From assembly GCF_009914755.1 (NCBI RefSeq), contig NC_060934.1: a stretch of DNA of 64,000 bases. One strand, 5' to 3'. Made by a program: the position numbers and the translations under genes. The notes beneath the pieces were generated by a model. The model saw nothing but the letters and a program-made list of their open reading frames with translations. It searched no databases and was not told the origin of the DNA. The DNA is from the human T2T-CHM13v2.0 reference genome, Homo sapiens. Numbering within the stretch: position 1 is the first letter of the stretch; each line of letters starts with the position of its first letter. This document shows, piece by piece, positions 27,968 to 43,339 of this stretch.

Positions 27968-28541
27968 TATAACCATTGCCTTCATTGCCTGTGTGCCATT
28001 TTAATCATGTGCTTCTTGATGCTTTGACTATCTTTTTCATGTCCAAATCACCATGACCTAATGCAGTGTCTGGCTCACTCAAAGTTTGCTGAATAAAGGG
28101 TGTAGTTATGAACTTGGACTGTATTTCGTAGAACTGATTCCTAAGGTTGAAACCTGACACCTCCCCTTGCTTCCCAATCGATTGTTCCTCCTTTAGGCTA
28201 CTATACCTTGCATGCATGTCACATTTCTAACTGTAGAATAATTGTTTACACTTCTGTCTCTCCAGTGAGATTGAGCAGGTTAAGAAGAAAGATGATGATA
28301 TATTTACTAATCTTTGCATTTCTGAGTTTGCGATGCCTAACACAACGTCAGGCACATTATACACGCTAGGAATCCATTCTGTTAAATGATAGAGGTTAGA
28401 AAGGAAGAAGGGAGAGAGAAAGAAAAGAAAGGAAATTTTTTTGTTGTTTGTTTGTTTAAGATGAAGTCTGGTGGAAGGTGAGTTAATCTCTAGAGAACTG
28501 TAACATTGGGTTCCAAACTCAGTCACTTCATAGCATTTGTC

Positions 28542-28780
28542 TTTTTTTTTTTTTTGTCACCCAGGCTGGAGTGCAGTGGTACAATCATAGCTCACTCAAC
28601 TTCCTGAGTAGCTAAGACCACCAGCAATGAGACACCCCACTCAGCTAATTTTTTGATTTTTCATAAAGACAGGGTCTCACTATGTTGCCCAAGCTGGTCT
28701 CAAATTCCTGGGCTCAAGCAACCCTTTGGCCTAGGCCTCCCACAGGGTTAGGAATTACAGGCGTGAGCCACCAGACCCTG
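28542..28780 (-). mobile_element. AluJ, internally deleted
   Basis: Poly-T followed by reverse Alu with gaps. Confidence 0.85.
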
Positions 28781-29244
28781 TAGTTTGTCACATTCTTGCA
28801 CCACCTTTGTTACTTAATGTTTTTATTTACATTAATTTACTTTTTATCTAAGCACATATTTTAACCCTTATCCCATTTTATTAAAGGGAAGCTGAGGTAC
28901 AAGGAAATATAGCCACTGAGTCAGGGTCACACAGACCATGACTGGCCAATTAGAGCCACCAGATTTCTGTCTGTAGTCATAGATCTTCCTTCCTAGGCAT
29001 CCACTGTTTGAAGCTGGAGATTCTGGTCTGTTCCTCATGATGACACTGTGGTCATACGGTTAGGTCCCTCAAATGGTGCGATGCATAAGCCTCTGGTGTT
29101 TCAGTTAGACTCCCCCCAATTTGGACAAATTTGGTCAAACTCTAGTCGTGTTTCTTGTAGTGGATAAATGATCAGAGCCTCCCCAACAGTCCCAGGCTGG
29201 CTGACCATGGACAACAGGACTCTCACTTTACTTGGTATCATAAG

Positions 29245-29413
29245 GAATGACATAGTACCTCACATTTACTAGTTTGTTATAAAGGATATTACAAAGAATA
29301 CAAATGTAGAGATGCATAGGGCAAGGTATGGGGGAAGGGGTGTAGAGCTTCCATGCCTTCCCTGAGGGACCACTCTCCAGAAACCTCCGCGTGTTCCGCT
29401 ATCTGGAAACTCT
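29245..29413. mobile_element. MER21-like LTR fragment within a second MER113-like element (~28780-29730)
   Basis: TATAAAGGATATTACAAAG..GATGCATAGGGCAAGGTATGGGGGAAGGGG..GAGCTTCCATGCC. Confidence 0.65.
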
Positions 29414-31026
29414 AAACACATTTATCTTTAAAAGAAACTTTCTCTTAGTACCTTAGGAAAAATCACTTCCACTTACACTAAACACACAGGATGAAAACAT
29501 TATTATACATTTCTTGTTTTATTCTGTATTCTGTCTCAACCCCTCTCTGTTAGAAAGAAAACTTAGCAAGCACTAAAGGGGCATGAAAACCAGAACTGGA
29601 TGCAAACTTTCTCCTTGAAATTATCAGGAGGGAAAGAGAAGCAAAAAAGTAATCACGTATTATGTGATTCAATATTATTTAATCCCCTGTCCTTAAGCCA
29701 CCTACTGTTATCAAGAACCATCAGTAGAAACGGGATTGAACTTTTCTCTCTCTCCCTCACTCAGCTTCTGAATTTATGACATTTCCCCATAGCTACACAG
29801 AGACACTATTCCTTCCAGAGTAGTTTCTACTATAATTAGACACTAACAGTTATGTTTAAACAGCAGAATTTTTTTACCTGACCATTAGCAAGAGAGAAAA
29901 GCTGGTTTTTTACGTAGTATCTGTGAAATCTCCAAGAAACAAGGAAACAAGAGTCAATACAGAAAGTTTTAGCCTGTGAGAAATTTTGTGTAAAGTTCAA
30001 GAGATGATGTTTAATGAATGTGTGTTTCTTTCACAAAAGTAGTAATAGAAAACATTTCTCAAAGAGATATATATTTGTTTACCACAAGCCGTGGGGAGTA
30101 TGATGGTATGTAGAAATATGTCCCTTAATTTGTGACTTTAATGAAGGAAAACAGCTCACCAAGCGCAAAGTTGAATCAAAATGTTTTCTCTCCTGTGGCT
30201 TTTGGCCTTTCCCCTCCAGTATGGTCTCAACTGGGTAGAAACTCATATTTTTAAATACACAATAAATATCATGGCTTAGCAATCTTTTTATCAAAATCAA
30301 GTGGAATGAGAGTATAATGTTTATTTATCAAGTTAGTTTTGCAATCCCATGTAGAATATGGTTAAGTAACTTATTTTAGTGTCTATTTCCATTTCTTAAT
30401 CCTTTAAGTTTTTCTAAAACATTTGAAAGGAAATAGAGATTATCTGATATATGCTGTAAAATGACAAACATTGTCTGACTCAACATATTTGAGATAACCA
30501 ATTGTTGATTTTAAAAATCCAGTCCCAAAGTAGCTTATGAAATAGGATAAGAAACTTCATATTAGAGTTACAGAAGACAAAATAATCAGTGTGATTCATT
30601 CTACTTTATCTCCACATTTTGACTGGAACTTTTCATCACTTCTTTTTATTCACTTTGGTCTGGGATTTCAAAAACATTTAAAGTGATGGCAATATGTATA
30701 ATGGTAATATCAATCTTTAAAAATACACATAAAAAGTTAACATAAAGGAAAACTAACTGATTAGTGACAGAAAATAAACTGGTAACTTTTAGCCACTTAT
30801 AAATAAGAAAAAGCAAACTTTGTTACCTTTGCCTGAATTCCCAGTGAATTGAACTGTGTTGGTTCTAGTTGCGCGTGTTTGGGAAAGAAAAGGAAAGAGA
30901 AACTTTATTTTGTTCATTGGCATGGCATCTAGGATGCAGGGGAAGAGGAATAAAAAAAGTGACACCTTCAGAACAGAATTTGGGGGAATAAAGAGGGCCA
31001 GACTTTCAATTAAAATATTTTCATCT

Positions 31027-31322
<296 letters not shown>

Positions 31323-32818
31323 TTTCATTTTTATTTCTTCCCACATAACTCCTGTTAGTCCTTTCTCGTTTCACCCTTTATTCTCCCCCATTCTGATTCT
31401 AAACCAGAATCAGCCTCTCTCAATTCATACATGTTTTCATCTTATTTCTGAACAAAGGGAAAAAATAATCTGGAAGGTACTTGATCTACTCCATGCATGC
31501 TTTGATTCTAGTGCCTACGGAATTGCCTGCTTTAGCCTTTGTATTTTGTAAAACTGTTTCTAATGGCCTTGTATGGAACTTCTTCACCTAGGAATTCTAA
31601 TCATATACTACTTACATGATATGAGTCTTGAACTTCAAATCTGGATTTTTCTATTTAAACCAGAAAGTAAATAAATGTAATAAAAATAGAAACATACCAA
31701 CACAACTCCCCAAAACTATGTGCAGCAACTCTGGCTACACTCTCAGAGAGACCCCAACATTTTTGGTTACTTGGACATCCTGTAACTGATCATTTTATTT
31801 TGCCACACGCTTCCCCTAGCACACTCTTTCAAGTACAGTATATAGCTTGCTTAAATTTCACATTGAAAGTTTTGGAAAGCCATATGAAATTATTCCAGAT
31901 AGCTGCAGGTTGCTAATAAAACCATAGTTAGGGATCACCAACTTAGTAAAAATTGAAACTAGAGAAACAGTCTTCATAATCTTTAGCCGAGGCAGTCCCT
32001 TCTTTCCATATTATCATCACTTTCTGTTCAAAGCACATACTTTTCATGCTTCTGTGTATAGTTAAACATGTTTCTATACTCCGAAAAGTTGTCATATCCC
32101 AGAGCCATTCACATCATAATTACAGTAGAGTTGAACATTTATATTAAAATTGTTCGCAGATGGCAATTAAGGTACTAGAAAAATTAATCTTTTTTGGAAT
32201 GTTTCTTACAGATGGAGATAAAGTATTTTGAGGAGGGAGGAGAGTGTATTTCTTCATTTACACAAAGATACTCATATGGAGCTGGGGGCAGTTCTTCCCC
32301 AAAAGGAAACATTGAACTCAAAGTTCCATGTAAGCAAGGACTGTGGCTGTCATGTCTACCATTGTATATCCCAGCACCTAGCACTGGACCTAGTATAAAT
32401 TTTGTGCTAAATTAATATTTATTGACTGCATGGATGAACTCTCTATTTTATTTATGGTTCTTCCAATTTATTGCTATCTGTTTTCCATTACTTGCCTTCT
32501 CTTACCCTGAAATTATGCATCTGGAATGAAGTATTTTAATAAAATTATTGATGAACATAATGGAAATATGGGGCATTATATAAATATTACATACTATTGG
32601 TTGATTTGTGTGATGATGACATTTGAAGTTTATTTCAGATGCTTCCTTTTATTAATCATGTCTTTACAGCCGGGGTCTTCTCTTTGGCAGAGCACTTACA
32701 AAATATAGTGCATGACACACCACTAATGTTTCTCTGAGTTATCTGCCTCCTTCTTGTACAGATACATCTCATCTCTCTTACATTCCTTCTACCCTCTACT
32801 GTTCATTACAATCTAGAT

Positions 32819-33017
32819 CAGGGATCAGTAAACTTTTTATTTTGAGGGCCAGATTGTACATATTTTAGGCTTTGCAGGCCATTAGAGTTTCTGTTGCAAC
32901 TATTCAACTTTGCTATTGTAATGTGAAGGTGGCCATAACTAACAAACAAACATGGCTGTATTCCAATAAAATTGACCCACACAAACAGGTGAATGGGCCA
33001 TAGTTTGCTGACTACTG
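32819..33017 (+). mobile_element. MER58A hAT-Charlie MITE
   Basis: CAGGGATCAGTAAAC ... GTTTGCTGACTACTG; 8-bp TSD ATCTAGAT/ATCCAGAT. Confidence 0.85.
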
Positions 33018-33269
33018 ATCCAGATTGCTAGCACACTATCCTTTCATTTTCTAAAATATCACCATGTACTTAGTATATGCTGGGGATTATCACACTTAGT
33101 CCCCAGAACAAATTTCCAAGAGGACATGATTATACCCTTTTTATAGGTAAGGAAATTTGTGCTTAGAAGGCTGATTTGATCAGCTTCACCTAGCCAGTGG
33201 GTCAAGTAGCCTTGTCTGTCCATATGACAGCCCCATCTCCTTTCAGTGGCCACTGTCTCTCACATGCAG

Positions 33270-33945
33270 TGCTTCCATTGTCTCCTAATTTGCCTCCTTG
33301 TTTCCCTTCCTCCTACCTACAATTGACTCTTCTAGCAGCATCCAGAATGATTTCTTAAAATGTAAATTACATCATGTGGCTTCCCTACTGAAAACCCTAC
33401 AATGGCTTCTCTTGCCTTTGAAGTTGAAACCAAACTCCTCACCCTGCCTACAGAGTCTGACATTGTGTGGCCCCTGCCTGCCTCTCTGACCTCATCTTTG
33501 CCCTATTGTTCTTCTCCTGCAGGCCCCAGCCACACCAGCCTAAGTTCTGTTTCTGAGCCATGCCTCGTCCTTTATGGCCGCTGCACATGATGTTCCTTCT
33601 GCCCAGATCATCTTCCCTGCTCTTCCCCCAAGTCCTCGTCATTTGCTTTCTTCTTGTCATTTGAACCACAGCATCCAAGTCACTCCCTGCCCCCTGCCCC
33701 CCACCCCAGAAAAGCCTTTCCTGATCCTCCAATCTATGCTTTATCATCAAACAGTTTTTTTTTCTCTGCATAGTGTTTATTACTATGTAGATTTGCTATT
33801 GTTCTTGACCTGTCTACTTCACTAGAATATAAGCTCTATAGAAGCAGGGATCTCTTTCTCTCTTATTCACCACTATATTGACTCTGAGTATCCAGTAGCA
33901 CTTGGCATATAGTAAGGACTTAAGAATTATTTATAAATATCTGCT
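33270..33945 (+). mobile_element. L2 3' region
   Basis: CACTAGAATATAAGCTC..GCAGGGA..TGGCATATAGTAAG L2 terminus. Confidence 0.75.
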
Positions 33946-35041
33946 AAATTAATGTTTATTAACCAAACTCTCATGCTCTTCTTCACATTTTACTGCCTCA
34001 GGACTGGCTAAGGCCATTTCCCATGACACACATCATAGCATTTCTGGGGGGAAGCATTTGGTTTGTGTTGTTCCATTCACATCCCTTAAATTATAGTCCC
34101 ACAGACATAGCAGACAAAAACAAAACACACAAACTATGTTTGGCCAGTTCAATGAACAAAGATGAAGATATGCTCCATTTAATGAATAATACCTGTAAAA
34201 GTGACAGCCCCATCTTGATGTGGCTAGAGTATGATTCTCCAGACAGGCAGTCTTGCTGAAATGATTTAGCTTTTAGTGTCATTCTTCAAATGTCTCATTT
34301 AAAAATGAAAAAGTTGTGGTCTAAAAGAGAAATAACTTTTATTTTATACAGAATTCAGGGGAAATTGACAAAATTTCCCCATAATTATGCCCTGTCATAA
34401 ATAAGGCCATGTGTTTCTATGAACATATATGATTATAAGTTCTTCAAGGGTAGGGACCATGTCTCTGCTTTCCCCTTGGCACTGAACACACAGGATATTT
34501 AATAAATACTCCAATGTCTTAAGTGAAAAATAAGGGGGTGGGGGACAGTTGAAGTGATTGATTTCAAGGCAGATTCAGACTCTAAATTCTGAGGCTATTA
34601 AAAGGAAATGATAAGCACTTGTCTTGTAATGCTAAACAGTATGATGAAAGGCCAGGATAAATATTTAGAAGAACTACTCTAAGGCCCTGGATAAATAACT
34701 TCAGCTTTTTCAATCTCAGTTTCCTTATCCACTGAATACAAAAAAGGATTGAATTATATGATTGTTAGGGTATCTTCCAGTACTGACATTCTACGGTTTA
34801 TGATTTCATCAAGACTTTAATCTCAGAAGGCAAAAAAAAAAAAAGCCTGAAATATAGTTAAATAAATTATGGCTATTAATATGAAACACCATTAATATAA
34901 AAAAAATTAAAAAGAGCAACCAGAATATTTGGAGATGCTTGTAACTATATCTTCATTCACTTAGTTGCTCATTCATTCGTTAAATGATATGTATTTGAAT
35001 TCTTTTAGGCATTTTACTAGATGTTTTGAGAGGACCGAAAC

Positions 35042-35156
35042 TTAGGAATATTTATCAAATACCCAGTACATGATGAGCTTTAGGAATATTTATTAAATAT
35101 CCAGTACATGCTGAGCTTTAGGAATATTTATCAAATACCCAGGACATGCTGAGCTT
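35042..35156. repeat. Minisatellite, 3 x 38 bp
   Basis: Unit TTAGGAATATTTATCAAATACCCAGTACATGCTGAGCT starting at 35042, 35080 and 35118. Confidence 0.95.
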
Positions 35157-35569
35157 CCTAAGCAGAGGGGAGAGAGAGCATGAATCTTAGAGTGTGTCTA
35201 CCTGATTCTAGTCCAGGCTCTACCTCCAACTTTCTGGTAAGTAATATTTTTCAAAGATTTGGTTTTCTTATCTGTTGTAAAGGAATTGGATTTACTCTCT
35301 GAGCATCCTTGAAGAGCTGATAGTAGACACATAGCTGAATAGAAGGCCTGGCTCTTGCTTCAGAAGGAATATCGCTTTGCCCACACTGAGATGATTGCAC
35401 CCATAGTGCTTGGGAAGGAACATGCCTAATTCGGTGCTCCACAATATGTGCTTGGTGCCCTTTGCAAGAGCATGATGAGTTGCCCACAATGGTTTTAGAT
35501 ATTTAGATGCATCCCACTTAGAAATAAAACTTGAGGACATTAGGACATACTGGTCAATGAGTGTCATTC

Positions 35570-35830
35570 ACCATAAAACTGTTTCTGATTACACACTGCA
35601 CAGCAAACTTGAGATGCTCTAAAATCTTAGAGCTCATGTATGAAATAAAATTGATAGTGGTTTCCCAAATTAGAGAACACCTTGAAACTTTATATGGCAT
35701 AGTCAATAATAAGTCTGAAGCCAAAATAATTTTTTCTAAACAAATTTGGATCAACTCAGAGGAAAAATTGAATTATCTTTTCATTTTCTCTATAGAAAAT
35801 ATTATAAAACTGTTGTCAAGTTTCAGCCCT
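35570..35830 (+). mobile_element. hAT-Tip100 (Zaphod-like) transposase C-terminal remnant
   Basis: ORF 35561-35842 contains EEKLNYLFIFSIEN; nucleotide similarity to 63530-63705 in this window. Confidence 0.7.
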
Positions 35831-37679
35831 CTCAAACTCTGAATTCTCCCTTGAATATATCAGTATCAAAGAAGAGAAATATAGAGAAGGCAACAGTATT
35901 ATAAGGGGTGGCTTCTCAAAATGCATAAGATGGGGCCTGGGCTTTAATGAAAAGGTAGAATTCAGAAATTACTAAGTGGATTCACAACTTAGGAAGAGAT
36001 TACAGAGTACCTCATCTCCAAATGCATGTCATATTCTAGGCATGCCAAATGAGTTTCCTCTACTGTGTTACCTCCAATTCATTGGTCTGAGTTCAACGGA
36101 GAGTGCCACCATCCATTGGTGATGCCTGTCACAGGTCAGAGATGGGGTGAAGGGATCATGTGTATCACATGCTTGCCTCACCTGTTCAACTCTCTCAGGG
36201 ATGTGAGAAAATAACCAGAGACATTTGTTTTCAGGAGAGGGTCCTCCTTCTTCCTCCCCAAATCCTACTGCCTGTCAGCTCCTCTGCCTCTCAGACACCA
36301 GTATGTGTGTGGTAGAAGGTGAAGGCATAGAGGTTTCTGGGACGATGTCAGTGCATGCAGAGAGATGTGCATAGGGGCCTTTAAAGGGCGAGAGGGAGAA
36401 GATCGCCTTGAGAGGATGCCAGGTGAAGAGAGGCTCAATCTAAGAGGGCCGGACCCTCTATGCATGCATTTTCTCCACTCATTATTCTTTCGGCTACAGC
36501 CCCTTTATTTTCTCATTTCTGGAAATGATCAGGTATGTCAAGGGAGGAGGATAAAGAAGCAGAAGAGCATATGCATGGCTTTGAAGCTCTTCAGGGACAT
36601 GGGGTGTGGAAAGGCCAAAGGGGCCTCTCCATCTGCTGGGCCCTAGGCCACCATGCCTGTGGCATTGCTCCACGTACACTCTGATGGGCAGCCATAGTCA
36701 TAGACATAAACATACAATGATATCAATAAAAGCCAACACTAAGACTTTACTATATGCCAAACACTGTGCTAAGTACTTGGGGGTACATTTTCTTTTGATC
36801 AGAAACAATGTAGCAAAATGGAAAGAGTTTGTGAGATCAGGCCGACCTTGGTTTGAATGTGTGTTCCATCATTGATCACTTGTAGGATTTGGTATAAAAT
36901 AGTTCATTTCTCTAAGCCTCTATTAACCTATGTATGAGAAGATATTATAATAATACCTACTGTGAATTGTTGCTATAGTGATTTGGTAGACTTTGTGTAA
37001 AGCGCTCACCACATAGTAGACCTTCACTAAACAGATATGATTGCTCTCATGGTTATTATTATCACCATTGATTCCTGGTGAGATCCTGGAGGAAATGATT
37101 ATCAGCTGCCAGGGATAATTAGACCAAAGAACATCCAGGAAGGTTATAGACACAGGCTTTGTTTGGAGGTGCTGGTGGGTCCTTGTGGCCAACAGGACAG
37201 ATAGTAGAGTCAGAAATGAATGATCCTGACCCATTGCAATAGCAACAAAAATGTCCTCCCAGGGCCTTGATAAGGTAAAGTGTATGTGGTCTTAGAACGA
37301 ACCTGGCAGGAATTCAGGGAACAGAGGAGGTAGGCTTGGACAGGTCCTCTACCTGCTCCCGTTTTCCCTCACCTCCAGCCCCTGTTCTCCTGGTGCCTTG
37401 TGCACAGCTGACAGTAAGCCCACAATAACTTCTACGAAGCATCCACAATATGCCAAGCCTTGGGCTGAACCCATTATCTACTAAGACAGAGTGCCTGTCA
37501 GAGATATTGCAATTTGAATAGATAATGGAACTCTCTAAGATCTAAAGAAAGGCAGCTCTAATGTTGAAGGGCAGGCAATGTGATTCATTGGTCATCCCTC
37601 TGATTTACCAGCTATAGCCATCCCCATTGAAAACTTCCACTTTGGGGATCAGGAGAGTGTCATGCTGTTCTAAGCTTGA

Positions 37680-38182
37680 TGTATCCATCTTTTATGGCTG
37701 CTGTAACAAACTATCATAAACTCGATGGCTTTTAAAAAAGCACAGATATATTATCTTTCTGTTCTGGAGGTCAGAAGTTTGAAATGAGTTTAAAGGACTA
37801 ACATCAGGGTGTCAGCAGGGCAGGTTTCTTTTGGAGGCTCTAGGGGAGAATCAGTTCCCAGACTTTTCAGCATCTGGAGGTTGTTCTCACTCCTTGGCTC
37901 GTGGCCTCACATCATATCACACTTTCTCCCCAACTTCTGTCATCACACGGCCTTCTCTTCTGCAGTCAAATCTTTGCCTCCCTCTTAGAGTAATACCTGT
38001 GATTACATTTGGAGCCTATCTAAATAAGACGGGATAATCTCCACCATCTCAAAATCTTTTTAAGAATACTCTTTTAAGAGATAATCATATCTGCAAAGTT
38101 CTAACACCACAGAAGGTAACATTCACATGTTCTAGGAATTTGGATCTGGATATCTTTGGGGTTCATTATTCAGCCTACCGCA
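37680..38182 (-). mobile_element. MLT1C/D-like MaLR solo LTR
   Basis: GGCTGCTGTAACAAA..GTTCTGGAGGTCAGAAGT..ATTATTCAGCCTACCGCA. Confidence 0.85.
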
Positions 38183-38874
38183 CCGTATGTTAAAGGATGG
38201 CATGAACTGCCTCATTTTGACACATTTGAGCAGACCCTTTAGTGTTCAAATGAGGTATGTTCCAACCCTAGAGCCAGATCTTATCAGTGTTCTTGCTCAA
38301 GGAAGTTTCTAGAACCACAGCACTGCAAGAGGCTTCTGAGAATAAATCTAAATTCCTCATCTTATAGCTGAGAAGACTGAATATTTGCAAAATGCCATGC
38401 AGTGACTCGCCCAGGTTATTCAACCAGACTAGAGTCCAGGTGTTTACACTCCAAGTCTCCTGTACTCTCCTTGATTTCTTTAGAAAGCTTTGAATGTAAC
38501 TGTTTCTTGATAAATGTCCATAAGTTTCTAAATAAGCAAATGTTCTCTCTTTTGTGGAAAGACTGTGGCAAAACATTCCTATAAAAGCCAGTGCAGCTGG
38601 AAATTCACCTATCAGAGGGTAGAACAACCAAAATGTATGTGTACTATAGTGTTGTGTATTTTTGTTTGAGTCCATGAGCTTTGTTCCATAGCTTTGGAAA
38701 TGTTTCATAGCCTATTCCAAGCTCAGCTGGCATTGCTGGCAGGATGGAACTTGTCAAGACACATTGATCTTTTGGAGAAAGGAGGAAATAAACCCACGAT
38801 CCTGCAGTAGGTGGGCACCCTACCTCAATCAGATTCACCTGGAGTGCTTTTTTCTCTGCCATTATACCTTATGG

Positions 38875-39050
38875 CAGTGGTCTCAAGATGAGATGACCAG
38901 AGCAGAAGCATTATCTGAAACTTGTTAAAATGCAAATTATTGGGCTTCACTCCAAGCTGGATTAGAAGTCTGAGGTTAGAGCCCAGCAATCCATGTTTCA
39001 GCAGGCCCTCCAGGTGACTCTGCTGTAAGCTAAAGTATGAGAACAACTTC
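38875..39050. mobile_element. MER5A
   Basis: CTTGTTAAAATGCAAATT..GCCCTCCAGGTGACTCTG..AAAGTATGAGAAC. Confidence 0.8.
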
Positions 39051-39929
39051 CTTAAAGTAATGCCAGTTTTCTCAGGGTGAAGAGGGACGGTGGGCAGAAG
39101 GAAAGAGTGAGAACACAGCTGGCTTCCCAAGTAGAGAAGGACTGTGGAAATGATTATGGTTGAGGATGTTTTCTTTTCAGGTGTGTTTGGGTGGAAAACT
39201 CTATGACTGACTGGACAAAAAGCATTCACTGGCAGCTGAACAATAAAAGGATGGAGGCATGCGCATAATACTGTGTAATGCATTCAGGAAAACTCAGGAG
39301 TGTGGTTTGGGGTGACAACAAGGAGAATAATTCCAACCAGTATGACAGAGAGACTTGTACTATAGAGAAAAAAAGATCTCACTTCCCAGTAAGCCAGAGA
39401 CCTGAAAAATAAATTAAAAAAAAAAAAAAAGTCTTCTCTGAACAAAGGAGTAGGGAAAGAGAGATGGATTACCGGCAGCAAAATCATTAAAAGAGAAACT
39501 GGCAATCTATTGGGTAACAGCAACAGAAAGTTGTTAAACTGGTTAAAAAACAAAAGAATTTAGGAGCTTTTTGTTGGAGACTGCCCTGAGTTCGATTTGT
39601 CATGGTGGGGTGTGAAGTGCAGTGGCAAAAGGACTTCTTTCTCCTCTTAGGTCAAGGTGTGAAATATGGAGATAGGATACAGCACTCTTCAAACTTGCCA
39701 GAAAGCAGAAATTCCTCCTTATGCCTGATGGGACAGAGATCTAGCACAATGGTTCTCAACTGGGGGCTATCTGTCCTCTAGGGCACATTTGGCCAAGTCT
39801 GGACACCGTTTTGATTGTCACAGCCTTTAGGGTTGCAACTGGCATCTAATGAGCAGAGGCCAAGGATGCTGCTAAACATCCTACAATACACAGAGTTAAT
39901 ATTATTATTCTCCACAAGGATTACGCAGT

Positions 39930-41378
<1,449 letters not shown>

Positions 41379-41386
41379 AAAGAATT

Positions 41387-41522
41387 GCCTGTAGTCCCAA
41401 CTACTTGGCAGACCGAGGCAGGAAAATCACTTGAGCCTAGGAGTTCGAGCCTCAGTGAGAAGTGATCGTGCCGCTGCACTCCAGCCTGGGTGACAAATAA
41501 ATAAATGCATGAATACATAAAT
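41387..41522 (+). mobile_element. Alu right monomer (FRAM/truncated Alu)
   Basis: TSD AAAGAATT (41379-41386, 41523-41530). Confidence 0.85.
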
Positions 41523-41659
41523 AAAGAATTATCCAGCTCCAAATATCCATAATGCCAAGGTCAGGAAACCCTGGTCAAGGGTAAAGCGCCAAGCCAGCAC
41601 CATCTCTGTCACATGTTAAATATCATGAGGAAGCTACAGACATGAATTTTAGCTTAATG

Positions 41660-42005
41660 CAGATGCTCCTTTACTTACAATGAGGTTTCGTCACAAAAAA
41701 CTCATCATAAGTTGAAAATATTGTAAGTCAAAAATGCACTTAATGTATTTAAGCTTTCAAAGATAATAGTTTAGCCTAGTCTTCCTTAAATATTCTCAGA
41801 ACATTTACATTAACCAACAATTGGGCAAAAGCATCTAACATAAAGCCTACTTTATAATAAAATGTAGACTTGCGTATATCGCTAGCCTGGGAAAAGATCA
41901 AAATTCAAAATTTGAAATACAGTTTCTACTGAATGCATATTGCTTTTGCACCACTGTAAAACTGAAAAGTCATAAGTTTAACAATAGTAAGTCAGGGACT
42001 GTTGG
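41660..42005 (+). mobile_element. MER47-like (Tigger5 family) MITE
   Basis: CAGATGCTCCTTTACTTACAATG ... GTAAGTCAGGGACTG; internal GGGAAAAGATCAAAATTCAAAAT. Confidence 0.8.
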
Positions 42006-43044
42006 ATATCAGTCTTCTTAATGAAAACTTCATGTCTGCAGGCAGTAAAAGTTGTACTTTGGAGTATTGAGGCTGGGTTCAAGTGACTGAGGAGCACAAT
42101 TTAAGTGATTGGGAGCCCTGGGGATGGTGACAGAGACAGAAGTAGAGACTGACTGCTGGACACAAAAAAGAGAAAATCAAGTAAACAGGTCAGATATGCG
42201 ACCCCTAAGATTCTCCGGCTCAAGGACACTGGCGCCCTAACATCCAGTCACCTTATCCCTGTTCTTCCCCGGTGTGTGGGTAATGGATGTCTTAACATTA
42301 GCAATTCCAGCCTTACAAGGGGTGGTAATAGAGGATGCATATAGCTTTGGGATGGGAAATGTACGATTTAGCCAACCATTCTGAACATCAAACACAAATT
42401 ACGCCCATCCTGAATCACTAGCACGATTTCGTCATTTAACTAGCAAAAGTAATACCTATTCATTATAAAAGAAGCCCTGTAATAAACTTCTCCATAACCT
42501 TGCCTGATGAAAGATCCAAGAGGCTACTATTTTGCACTTAATGTGCGCCAAGAATGCACTGTGTATTAAACATAAAGATCTACCTACTTCCTGTCCAAGA
42601 TTGCCCCAGGCTACCAGCTGTTCAATTAAGAGAGATATGAAAATAATTCACTAAAGTCATAGAAGAAATAAAAATCAGATCATACCCATCTGATCTGATA
42701 AAAGGTACCATCTCTGGTACCTTTTCCCCAAATTGTTCATATTTAAATATAATCCACCCCCCATCCCCCCGACACACACATTATTTTTGCTTACTTCAAT
42801 AGATAGTGATGATGTAAAACTTCCTTTCCAGGTAAAATGTAAGTTTATTGGATTACTTTGTTGATTTTTACTGCTCTTCTAATTAGAGTTGAGTAACAAT
42901 TCTATGTCTGTCTTAATTGTTTTTAACCCCTTAATTAAAAATCGCCTGGAATTTAATTAACTGCTAATTAATTCCTCCACTCTAACAAGCAAAGTGGTTG
43001 AGATAAATTTAGGATATGGTTTTCAGTATTTAAACTGAAATTAA

Positions 43045-43339
<295 letters not shown>

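Noticed and set aside
35042-35156. CRISPR-like array
   Set aside because: Head-to-tail repeats without unique spacers, eukaryotic context, no cas genes.
38268-39553. Cluster of 89-152 aa minus-strand ORFs
   Set aside because: Overlap MIR/MER5A remnants; no splice or domain support.
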